Positions 1 through 7,239 of a DNA stretch of 24,000 bases are shown here, piece by piece. The position numbers were made by a program, and so were the translations under genes. Below the pieces are notes generated by a model. It ran no database searches, had not been told where the DNA came from, and was given only the letters and a program-made list of their open reading frames with translations. The stretch is taken from positions 39,588 to 63,587 of the forward strand of contig CAZXJS010000011.1 of NCBI GenBank assembly GCA_964641085.1. Direction: 5' to 3'. This DNA is from an uncultured Prevotellamassilia sp. Its GTDB lineage: Bacteria; Bacteroidota; Bacteroidia; Bacteroidales; Bacteroidaceae. Each line of letters begins with the position of its first letter. Within the stretch, counting starts at the first letter, position 1.

Positions 1-626
1 GGCGCGTGCTCCAATACCTGCGCGAGCGGGGACTGGAGGAGAATACCTTGCTCGTCGTGACGAGCGACAACGGCCCCGTCCTGGACGACGGCTATCAGGA
101 CGAGGCCGTCGCCCTGGCGGGGACGCACAAGCCGGGCGGACCCTTCCGCGGCGGGAAGTACAGCGCTTTCGAGGCGGGCTCCGCCGTTCCCTTCTTGGTC
201 TATTGGAAAGGCCACACGCCCGCCGGACGTGAGAGCGGCGCCCTCGTGGCGCTCACCGACGCCGTGGCCACCTTTGCCCAGTTGCTCGGCACGCCCGTGC
301 CCCGGGGCGCAGCGACCGACAGCCGCCCCTGCCTCCCTACCTGGCTGGGACGCTCGCGCAAGGCGGCACCTTTCAGCGTCAGCATGGCGGCCAACCGCAG
401 CCTCGTCCTGCGTGACGGGCGCTGGAAGTACATTGAGCCTTCCGCCGGCGGACCCATGATTACGTGGGGGCCGGAAATAGAGACCGGATATGCCCCCCAG
501 CCGCAGCTCTACGACCTGCGCGCCGACGTGGGTGAGCGCCGGGACGTCAGCGCCCGTCACCCCCGCGTCGTGGAGCGCATGGCCGCCCTGCTACAACGCA
601 TCCGTAGCGGCGAGCAAGCTCCCTAA
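1..626 (+). CDS. Sulfatase-family hydrolase, C-terminal part (5' end upstream of window)
   Basis: ORF 6..626 is open to the window edge. LLVVTSDNGP and GGKYSAFEAGSAVPFLVYWKG match the conserved core and C-terminal half of type I sulfatases. The catalytic Cys/Ser motif would lie upstream and is not visible. Confidence 0.8.
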   Translation, partial: RVLQYLRERGLEENTLLVVTSDNGPVLDDGYQDEAVALAGTHKPGGPFRGGKYSAFEAGSAVPFLVYWKGHTPAGRESGALVALTDAVATFAQLLGTPVPRGAATDSRPCLPTWLGRSRKAAPFSVSMAANRSLVLRDGRWKYIEPSAGGPMITWGPEIETGYAPQPQLYDLRADVGERRDVSARHPRVVERMAALLQRIRSGEQAP

Positions 627-630
627 GACG

Positions 631-660
631 CAAAAAGTAAGGCGGCTCGGAGACCGCCTG
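631..660 (-). terminator. Putative intrinsic terminator of the minus-strand O-acylation operon
   Basis: AGGCGG (640-645) pairs with CCGCCT (654-659). Read on the minus strand the hairpin is followed by TTACTTTTTG (639->631). It sits between convergent stops at 626 and 704. Confidence 0.5.
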
Positions 661-703
661 CCGCATGCAGCGCCGTCCGAGCCGCCCATCAGGTGGGGGA
701 AGC

Positions 704-2005
704 CTATTGGTTCAGGAATTTCACGTAGTTCTTGTACGTATTCGGCGAGTAGGCCTTGAAGATGTTGTTGGCGAAAAGGATATCCGTGATGTGGTTGTCG
801 CGGACGTAGGCTCGCATGTTGTGGGTAAAGTATCGCTCGTCAATGACGTGCACCTCCTCGAAGGAGAAGAAGAGATACCCCGGCAGCGCGTTGCCGAAGG
901 AATCCTTGAGTATGAGCACGCGGCGCCCATTGTGCGTCGAGGTGCGCACAGCCGTAATCCGCGTGTCGCCCCCCATGAAGGTGCAATACGCTCCCGTGCT
1001 CCCATCCCTGTATTTATAGAAGAAGACGCCCCGGTAGGGCTTCCCCTCGCTCACCACCTTGTAGTTGCGATCTATCTTGTAGTCCGTGTACGTCGTAGTG
1101 TAGTCCACGCCCTTTGGCTTGTAGTAGATGAAATCCTCCGGCGCGTTCTTGACGGCCACGTCCTTGGAGTAGCCGTACATCGAGCCCACGTAGCCGCGCA
1201 CCGTGTCGGCCTCGTAGTGCGAGAGGTCGGGGAAGGGGACGCCCGCCACGTGGGCAAAGCGCTGCGCGGCGTAGTACGCACCCAGCGGCGCCCAGTGGTG
1301 ATCCGTGCGCAGGTAGATGCCCTCCCGCGCGTGCTGTCCCAGCGCCGTATAGACGTCCACAGCTTTCACTCCCGGGTCGAGGTGAGCAAATATGTTGCGA
1401 ATGGTGGGCAGCTCGGGGTTGCTGCATTTCTTCGCCTTGTCCGGAAGATAGAACTCTACGGCAGTAGGCACCACCATGCAATAGACGTTGACGCCCTCGC
1501 CGAACGCCTTCTTGTAGGCATTGGCCGCCTCGGCGTATCCCGTAGCTCCGTTGGCGCCTCCGCCGTAGGCCATGAGGGCGCGGACGTTTTTGCCCTGCCC
1601 CACGATGATGATACCCTTATTTGCCACCTTTGCGTTCTCGTCCTGCGTCACCTTGTTGACGTATTCGCCCACGTCGCGCTCGTCCGGTGCGGGCGCTTCG
1701 GGCGCGGGCTCTTCTTTGCTGACGTGCAGGGTGATGTTCTCGTCCGACGTCTTGATGCCCTCGGCGCTTTTCACCTGCATGCTCAGCGCCATGAACCGGT
1801 CGCGGAAGGGCTCCGTGTCGCTAAACCACGAGGAGACCTGCTTGGTATATTCTCCGCTCCAAAGGGCTTTCCACGTAAACGTAGGCGGCGTGGCGAGGTC
1901 TCGCTTCTCGAGCGGTGAGTACGTGCTGCGGGGCAGCGTGTCGAAGATGACGGCCAGGACGACGAACGCCGTGCCCACGATGTAAAGGAATACTTTTTGA
2001 CGCAT
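704..2005 (-). CDS. DHHW-motif protein (AlgJ/AlgX-like SGNH-fold O-acyltransferase partner), membrane-anchored paralogue
   Basis: 433 aa. N-terminal hydrophobic anchor MRQKVFLYIVGTAFVVLAVIF. Signature LRTDHHWAPLGAYYAAQRFA. C-terminal LILKDSFGNALPGYL. Start is 4 nt after the stop of the upstream paralogue. Confidence 0.85.
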   Translation of the reverse strand: MRQKVFLYIVGTAFVVLAVIFDTLPRSTYSPLEKRDLATPPTFTWKALWSGEYTKQVSSWFSDTEPFRDRFMALSMQVKSAEGIKTSDENITLHVSKEEPAPEAPAPDERDVGEYVNKVTQDENAKVANKGIIIVGQGKNVRALMAYGGGANGATGYAEAANAYKKAFGEGVNVYCMVVPTAVEFYLPDKAKKCSNPELPTIRNIFAHLDPGVKAVDVYTALGQHAREGIYLRTDHHWAPLGAYYAAQRFAHVAGVPFPDLSHYEADTVRGYVGSMYGYSKDVAVKNAPEDFIYYKPKGVDYTTTYTDYKIDRNYKVVSEGKPYRGVFFYKYRDGSTGAYCTFMGGDTRITAVRTSTHNGRRVLILKDSFGNALPGYLFFSFEEVHVIDERYFTHNMRAYVRDNHITDILFANNIFKAYSPNTYKNYVKFLNQ

Positions 2006-2009
2006 GGGT

Positions 2010-3125
2010 TTAGGGCGTTAGGGTGGCGGGGGCGGACTGCGTAAGGTAGCGCCGGTAGTTGCGCGCTACGCTCTGCATGCAGGCATGTTCCATGTTGTTG
2101 GCGAAGAGTACGTCCGTGATGCCGTGGTCTCGGACGTACGCCGTGATATTTCCCGTGAAGTAGCGGCAATCTACGACGTGCACCTCGTTAAAACCGTAGA
2201 AGAGAAAGGGTGGAAGCGCGTTGCCGAACGAGTCCTTGAGGATAAGGAGGCGGCGCGGGGCAGGTGCCGACGTGCGCACGCCGACCAGCTTCGTGTCGCC
2301 GCCCATGAACGTCAGATAAGCCGACGCGCTGCCGTCGGGGAAGGTGCGGAAGAAGTCGGCAAGGTGGGGCTGCGAGGCGCGGGTGACGTGGCGCCGCGTC
2401 TTGTCTAAGGTGTAGTCCACGAAGGTTGCCTCGTAGTCCACGCCCAGTGGCTTGTAGAAAACAAATTCCTCGGGGTCAGCTTTTACTGCGGCGTCTTTGG
2501 TGAAAGTGTACATCGTACCTACGTAGCGGTGGATGGTATCTGCCTCGTAGTGGGTCAGGTCTCTGAACGCCACGCCTGCCCTTTGCGCGAAGGCACGTGC
2601 GGCGTAGTAGGCGCCGAGGGGCGCCCAGTGGTGATCCGTGCGGGAGTAGATGGGTTCCGCAACGTGCCCGGCGAGTGCTGAGTACGCATCCACGACGTGC
2701 ACCGCCGTATCCAGCCGAGCACAGATGCGGCGTATCCTGTCCGCCTGGCTCTTTACCCAGTTTGCAGCTGCCTTGGGGGTGTAGAACGCTGCGGCGGTGG
2801 GAATGAGCATGGCGTAGGTGCGGACGTCCGGACCGAAGGCCTCGGCGCACCGGTTGACGGCGTCGGCCCAGGCGTGGCCGGCAGCGGTGTCCGGGCGGAA
2901 GGCGCTGAAGGCGCGCAGGTGTCCGCCGCTTTGCGTGATGATGATGCCGCGCGGCGTCTTGCGGGCGGGGGCGTCGGGGTTCACGGTGTTTACGTAGAGT
3001 GCGGGGTTGCGCCCGTCGGCGACCGCCGTGCCGGGCGCTATGCTGTCTGTACGCGCCGCCCGTGTCGACGTGGCGGCGACGGCGAGGCCGAGGAGTGCAA
3101 GGAGTAGAGACTTGGCGGTATGCAT
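2010..3125 (-). CDS. DHHW-motif protein (AlgJ/AlgX-like), secreted paralogue
   Basis: 371 aa. Signal-peptide-like MHTAKSLLLALLGLAVAATSTRA. SRTDHHWAPLGAYYAARAFA and LILKDSFGNALPPFL are colinear with the 704..2005 product. Confidence 0.85.
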   Translation of the reverse strand: MHTAKSLLLALLGLAVAATSTRAARTDSIAPGTAVADGRNPALYVNTVNPDAPARKTPRGIIITQSGGHLRAFSAFRPDTAAGHAWADAVNRCAEAFGPDVRTYAMLIPTAAAFYTPKAAANWVKSQADRIRRICARLDTAVHVVDAYSALAGHVAEPIYSRTDHHWAPLGAYYAARAFAQRAGVAFRDLTHYEADTIHRYVGTMYTFTKDAAVKADPEEFVFYKPLGVDYEATFVDYTLDKTRRHVTRASQPHLADFFRTFPDGSASAYLTFMGGDTKLVGVRTSAPAPRRLLILKDSFGNALPPFLFYGFNEVHVVDCRYFTGNITAYVRDHGITDVLFANNMEHACMQSVARNYRRYLTQSAPATLTP

Positions 3126-3155
3126 AGAGTGGTTAGGAAGAATTAAGCCGCCCGG

Positions 3156-4595
3156 TCAGAAGCGAGTGTAGATGAAAGCATTGTTTGTAGCGCCTACGAG
3201 TAGCGCCACGCTTAGGACGAAGAGGCACAGGGGCAGGCCGATGCGGCAGACGCCGTAGAAGCCGCCGCGCACGAGGCGGCTGCGCTGCCGCTCGCCGTAC
3301 GCCTCGACCCACTGCCGCAGAGGCAGGCAGAACAGGATGGCGGCTATCCAGAGCCAGAAGTTATCCGTCAGTGCGCTCTCGGCCACTACGTCCCACCCCG
3401 TTGCCGCCCCGCCCCAAAAGGCGCGGAAGAAGGTGCGCAGGCGGCCGAAGTCGTCGAAGTAGAACAGTCCCCAGCCCAGCAGGACGAGGAACAAGCTGTA
3501 AATATGTAGCACGAAGCCGGGGATATGCTCCTTCCAGCGCAGCAGGGTGTACTTCTCCACCGTCACAATCAGTCCGAAGTAGAGACCCCAAAGGATGAAG
3601 TTCCAGCTGGCGCCGTGCCACATGCCCGTAAGTGCCCACACGACGAGGATGTTCAAGGCTTGGTGGCGCCGGTTGCCGCCCAGGGGGATATAGACGTAGT
3701 CTCTGAAGAAGCTGCCCAGCGAGATGTGCCAGCGCCGCCAGAAGTCCGTGATGGTTTGGCAGCAGTAGGGGTGGTTGAAGTTCTCTTTGAAATGAAATCC
3801 CAGGCAGCGCCCCATGCCTATGGCCATGTCGCTGTAGCCTGAGAAGTCGTAGTAGATTTGCAGCATGTAGGCGCCGATGCCTATCCAGGCTCCGGCCGTC
3901 GTCAGCTCCGCGAGGCCGTCCGTCAGGAACCGGTCAGCTATCTCTCCGAGCTGGTTGGCCAGGATGACCTTCTTTCCCAGGCCGAGCAGGAAGCGGAAGG
4001 TGCCCTCGGCAAAGTCGGCAAGCGAAACGTGGCGGTTGCCAATCTCGCGCGCCACGGTGTCGTAGCGCACTATGGGGCCGGCAATGAGCTGCGGGAACAT
4101 GCTGATGTAGAGCAGCAGGTTGAGGAAGTTGCGTTGTGCCGGTGCCTGTCGCCGATAGACGTCGATGAGGTAGGATATGGACTGGAAAGTGTAGAAGCTA
4201 ATGCCTATGGGCAGGGCTATCTTGGGGTCGGTGACGGGCAAGCCCAGGGCGGCGAGTTGCTGGGCGAAGAAGCCCGTATATTTGAACGTGGCGAGGATGG
4301 CTATGTCCGCAATGAGGCCGCCCACCAGCGCCGCGCGGCGGTGGCGTCCGGCTCGGTCGATGAGCAAGCCGGCCACGTAGTTCACCACGACGCAGAAAAC
4401 CATCAGGAAGACGTACACCGGTTCGCCCCAAGCGTAGAATATCAGCGAGAAGAGGACGAGCGTCACGTTGCGCGCCGTGAACGACGGTTGCCCCAAGCGC
4501 GAGAGCCACCGCTTGTCAAGGAGCGCCGCCAGCAGGTAGGCTACTATGCACGCGGGCAGGAAGACGAAGATGAAGAAGAGGTCGCTGAATACCAT
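3156..4595 (-). CDS. MBOAT-family membrane O-acyltransferase (AlgI/DltB/PatA-like)
   Basis: 479 aa, polytopic and hydrophobic. AlgI-like N-terminus MVFSDLFFIFVFLP. MBOAT core FWRRWHISLGSFFRDYVYIPLGGNR and the conserved-His region WHGASWNF. Confidence 0.9.
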   Translation of the reverse strand: MVFSDLFFIFVFLPACIVAYLLAALLDKRWLSRLGQPSFTARNVTLVLFSLIFYAWGEPVYVFLMVFCVVVNYVAGLLIDRAGRHRRAALVGGLIADIAILATFKYTGFFAQQLAALGLPVTDPKIALPIGISFYTFQSISYLIDVYRRQAPAQRNFLNLLLYISMFPQLIAGPIVRYDTVAREIGNRHVSLADFAEGTFRFLLGLGKKVILANQLGEIADRFLTDGLAELTTAGAWIGIGAYMLQIYYDFSGYSDMAIGMGRCLGFHFKENFNHPYCCQTITDFWRRWHISLGSFFRDYVYIPLGGNRRHQALNILVVWALTGMWHGASWNFILWGLYFGLIVTVEKYTLLRWKEHIPGFVLHIYSLFLVLLGWGLFYFDDFGRLRTFFRAFWGGAATGWDVVAESALTDNFWLWIAAILFCLPLRQWVEAYGERQRSRLVRGGFYGVCRIGLPLCLFVLSVALLVGATNNAFIYTRF

Positions 4596-4607
4596 GGCCG
4601 CTGCGCG

Positions 4608-5474
4608 TTAAGGTTGTTTCCCGGCCTCCAGCAGTGCGTCGGCTCGGCGTGCCAGGAGCAGGCCGTTGCTCCGTGCCCCGGCTTCCGAGGTGTGCGTGCC
4701 GTCGTAAGTGTAGGTAGTCTGCCGCGCTTCCCGGGCGCTGCGCACCACGCTCTCTTTGTCCATGCGCACCACGGGGATGCCCATCCGCAGGCCGCACCCC
4801 TCAATGAGGTCGCCGGTACGTGCGATGAGCTCGTCGGGAGCTTGCGCCGTCTGCATCGGCGTCATCAGCACGATGAGTGCTTTCGGGAAATCGTTATGTA
4901 GCATCAGGCAAGCCCGCCGGACGCATTCCGTCAGCCCCAATGTGCTCCCCGCCGGGCGCGCAAGCAGCGTGTCGGCCGGCACGTCGAAGGCATCGGCCAC
5001 CGTCGGAAGGTAAGCGCCCGGCCGCTCCGACTTAAACCAAGCGTCGTTCGTACCTGCCATGATGAGAATCAGGTCCGGCGCGGGCTGGCGCCCTTCCGTC
5101 CACGCCGTATGTAGCCGCAAGACTTGGTTATATACCACGTTGTCGTCGCTCAGCCGTCCGGTGACCTCCAGTTCGTCGGCCTTCGTCCGCACCGTGTGCG
5201 ACCACGTCGCGCCGCTCCGGGCGTAGCTGCGGCACGTGGCGGGGGCAAAATATTCGCGAAACCACGTGTTCCAGCCGCGAGGCCGCGTGCAGTCGTCGCC
5301 GCCTATGGAGGTGTTCGAGTCGCCCAAGATGACGACGTGTACTCCCGGGTGAGGTTTCGGCGCATCGGCCGTGTCGGGCGTCAGCGTACCGTGGGCGGCG
5401 CTGAGGGGCGTGGCGCAAGCCAGTAGCGCGGCGACAAGCAGGCCGAGGCGCAGGGTTTGAGAAAATAGGTGCAT
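4608..5474 (-). CDS. Secreted SGNH/GDSL-family hydrolase (esterase/acyltransferase)
   Basis: Start moved from the track's 5573 to the ATG at 5474, giving signal peptide MHLFSQTLRLGLLVAALLACATPLSA. SGNH blocks: VVILGDSNTSIGG (block I), GTNDAW (block III), DGTHTSEAG (block V, D-x-x-H). Stop is 12 nt before the MBOAT start. Confidence 0.8.
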   Translation of the reverse strand: MHLFSQTLRLGLLVAALLACATPLSAAHGTLTPDTADAPKPHPGVHVVILGDSNTSIGGDDCTRPRGWNTWFREYFAPATCRSYARSGATWSHTVRTKADELEVTGRLSDDNVVYNQVLRLHTAWTEGRQPAPDLILIMAGTNDAWFKSERPGAYLPTVADAFDVPADTLLARPAGSTLGLTECVRRACLMLHNDFPKALIVLMTPMQTAQAPDELIARTGDLIEGCGLRMGIPVVRMDKESVVRSAREARQTTYTYDGTHTSEAGARSNGLLLARRADALLEAGKQP

Positions 5475-5530
5475 GGGGTGAAATTGTTGCGTTGGCACGT
5501 TGTTCTGTAACACGTTTGTAAACGTGGCGG

Positions 5531-5538
5531 CAAAGTTA
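5531..5538 (-). promoter_or_regulatory. Bacteroidota -7 promoter box (TAACTTTG on minus strand) for the SGNH-MBOAT-DHHW operon
   Basis: Plus strand reads CAAAGTTA, reverse complement TAACTTTGCC. This matches the TAnnTTTG consensus of the Bacteroides primary sigma factor. It lies 57 nt upstream of the 5474 start. Confidence 0.5.
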
Positions 5539-5637
5539 GCATTTTTGTTTGGAACGCCGTTGTGCGCCCGCAATGCGCGGCCATTTTCTCCCGCCTGATT
5601 TTTGGTGAGGGTAGCAGCCCGGCTGTCTGCAAAAAGT

Positions 5638-5700
5638 TCGGACTTAATTGCTGATGGCTCGGACTTATTTATTCCTACATCGGACTTAGTTTTTGTACAG
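5638..5700. repeat. Three 21-bp-spaced TCGGACTTA units (same family as arrays at 15203 and 19919)
   Basis: TCGGACTTA at 5638, 5659 and 5680 (spacing exactly 21 bp). The first unit TCGGACTTAATTGCTGA resembles TCGGACTTATCAGCTGA of the 15.2-kb array. Confidence 0.85.
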
Positions 5701-5810
5701 CCGTGGGATTACAATTGTTAACCCATGGCTTTACAATTGTAAACCCGTGGGATTACAATTGTAAACCCGTGGCTTTACAATTGTAAACCCGTGGCTGTAC
5801 AATAATTAGG
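5701..5810. repeat. 22-bp tandem array x5, each unit carrying the palindrome TTACAATTGTAA
   Basis: Units start at 5701, 5723, 5745, 5767 and 5789 (CCGTGG[GA/CT]TTACAATTGTAAAC). GGGAT and GGCTT variants alternate, giving a 44-bp higher-order repeat. Perfect 12-14-bp palindromes at 5730-5743, 5753-5764 and 5774-5787. The last unit is degenerate. Confidence 0.95.
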
Positions 5811-5836
5811 TCGGACGTATTCGGCAACACGTCCGA
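5811..5836. other. Hairpin closing the repeat block (inverted GTCGGACGT / ACGTCCGA)
   Basis: TCGGACGT (5811-5818) is the exact reverse complement of ACGTCCGA (5829-5836), with a 10-nt loop. Both arms are the core motif of the 21-bp family. Confidence 0.7.
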
Positions 5837-5925
5837 GGTAGCGGCGCTTTCCCCGTACTTTCGGGCGGGCACGCGACACGTTGAGGAAGGGACGCCGCCG
5901 GCGTCCGCACGTATCTGTGCGTCGC

Positions 5926-5973
5926 ACCGAGGGTGAACCGCCGCCGCTGCGCGTCGTCGGTTTACCCTCGGTT
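5926..5973. other. Long imperfect hairpin
   Basis: ACCGAGGGTGAACC (5926-5939) pairs with GGTTTACCCTCGGT (5959-5972), with one G-T position and a ~19-nt GC-rich loop. Confidence 0.6.
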
Positions 5974-5994
5974 AACGAGTCGCTTCGCTCCGTG

Positions 5995-6165
5995 TCGCCT
6001 TCGGCGACATTGGCGGCCGAAGGGCGGTCGGGTATATGTAATGGGAAAGTAAAGAAATCGCCTTCGGCGGCGTTGGTGGCCGAAGGGCGGTCGGGGATGT
6101 GTAATGGGGAGGTAAGGAAATTGCCTTCGGCGACATTGGCGGCCTAAGGGCGGTCGGTATGCGTT
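5995..6165. repeat. 63-bp tandem repeat x ~2.7; each unit is a GC hairpin plus an A/T-rich spacer
   Basis: Units start at 5995, 6058 and 6121. Each has CCTTCGGC...GCCGAAGG (8-bp stem, 10-nt loop). Read on the minus strand each hairpin is followed by TTTCTTTACTTT or ATTTCCTTACC. This looks like stacked intrinsic terminators just downstream of the permease stop (6183). Confidence 0.9.
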
Positions 6166-6182
6166 GTGGACACGTGTGGCGG

Positions 6183-7217
6183 TCAGTCTGCCCGGCGGCG
6201 CGTGAGGAGGTAGAAGACCATGGGGACGCCGAGCAGCGGCGTCAGCGTGTTGACGGGTAGCGTGCCGCGCGTGCCGGGCAGCAGGCTGAGGAGGTTGCAG
6301 AGCAGCGTGGTCGCTGCGCCCCAGAGCATGGTGGCGGGCAGGAGGCGGCGGTGGTCTGCGGTGCGCAGCGTGAGGCGTGCGGCGTGGGGCACGGCGAGGC
6401 CGACGAAGGCGATGGGGCCGCAGAGGGCCGTGACGCTGGCGGTGAGCAGTCCCGTCAGGAGTAGCACGACGGTGCGTGTGCGCCGCACGTTGACGCCGAC
6501 GTTGCGCGCGTAGTCGTCGCCCAGGAGCAGGGCGTTCAGCGGTTTGGCCATGAAGCAGACGCCCACGAGGCCGATGCCCAGCAACAGGGCGAAAGGTGCG
6601 AGCCGCTGCAACGTAAGGCCGCCGAAGTTTCCCAGTCCCCAGACGACGTAGCTGCGCACCCCCTGCGCCGTAGCCCAGAAGGCCAGGAGGCTGACAAGCG
6701 CCGAGGCGACGAAGGAAAGCATGACGCCCGCGACGAGTAGCATGAGGCGGCCCGGCAGCAGGGCGTCGCAGAGCAGCAGCAAGCCGATGACGACGGCCGC
6801 TCCGGCGAAGGCCGCCGCCACGGTGAGGGCGAAGCCTGCCAGCGTAAGGCTACCGGCCGTGAACGTGCCGCCCAGGAGCAGCAGGGCGACGGCAACGCCT
6901 AAGGCGGCGCCGCTGTTGACGCCCAGAATGCCGGGGTCGGCCAGCGGGTTGGCGAAGACGGTCTGCATGAGCACGCCGGCTACGGCGAGTGCGGCACCGG
7001 CCAGGAGCGCGTTAAGCAGCGTGGGCAGCCGCGTGCCGACGACGATGAAGCGCGCGGTGTCCGAGACGTCGGGACTACCCGTCAGCGCGCCCCACACCTC
7101 GGCGGGCGCGAGCCGGACGCTGCCCCACAGCAGGTTGGCGGCGCACAGCGCCACGACGAGGGCGACGGGGAGTAGCCAGCCCAGCAGCAGGCGGGAGTGG
7201 GAGGAGTTTGCGGACAT
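6183..7217 (-). CDS. FecCD/BtuC-family ABC transporter permease (iron-chelate / corrinoid / haem type)
   Basis: 344 aa, about 9-10 hydrophobic segments rich in Gly/Ala/Leu. FecCD-type stretches FANPLADPGILGVNSGAALGV and GPIAFVGLAVPHAARL. Confidence 0.9.
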   Translation of the reverse strand: MSANSSHSRLLLGWLLPVALVVALCAANLLWGSVRLAPAEVWGALTGSPDVSDTARFIVVGTRLPTLLNALLAGAALAVAGVLMQTVFANPLADPGILGVNSGAALGVAVALLLLGGTFTAGSLTLAGFALTVAAAFAGAAVVIGLLLLCDALLPGRLMLLVAGVMLSFVASALVSLLAFWATAQGVRSYVVWGLGNFGGLTLQRLAPFALLLGIGLVGVCFMAKPLNALLLGDDYARNVGVNVRRTRTVVLLLTGLLTASVTALCGPIAFVGLAVPHAARLTLRTADHRRLLPATMLWGAATTLLCNLLSLLPGTRGTLPVNTLTPLLGVPMVFYLLTRRRAD

Positions 7218-7239
7218 ACGGTAGGCCGCGGTGCGGCGT

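Noticed and set aside
665-1918. Long ORFs antisense to confidently assigned genes: 665-1918 (+), 3858-4901 (+), 15483-17333 (-), 18183-19709 (-), 20579-21427 (-), 22886-23731 (-), and many 60-290-aa Arg/Ala/Pro-rich ORFs.
   Set aside because: Each lies opposite a gene with clear family motifs. Their products are low-complexity R/A/G/P/V-rich sequences with no recognisable motifs. This is the expected stop-codon-poor antisense artefact of a high-GC genome.
4608-5573. N-terminal extensions in the ORF track: 5573 for the SGNH gene, 9664 for the propeller gene, 13839 for HIT, 21991 for DUF5683.
   Set aside because: Internal ATG/GTG codons give canonical signal or lipoprotein peptides or family-typical N-termini. 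The extensions overlap promoter boxes or the upstream gene and have no family-like sequence.
5881-6147. 88-aa ORF with three 21-aa Cys-containing repeats as a multi-core RiPP-like precursor.
   Set aside because: It has a TTG start with no promoter box or SD and an extremely basic, low-complexity N-terminus. No modification, export or protease genes are nearby. The DNA units fold as hairpin plus T-tract on the opposite strand exactly where a terminator is expected. It is kept as a minor alternative under the 63-bp repeat finding.
5638-6165. CRISPR array interpretation of the tandem repeats.
   Set aside because: The units abut head-to-tail with no unique spacers, the periods (21, 22 and 63 bp) are too short or too uniform, and there are no cas genes in the window.
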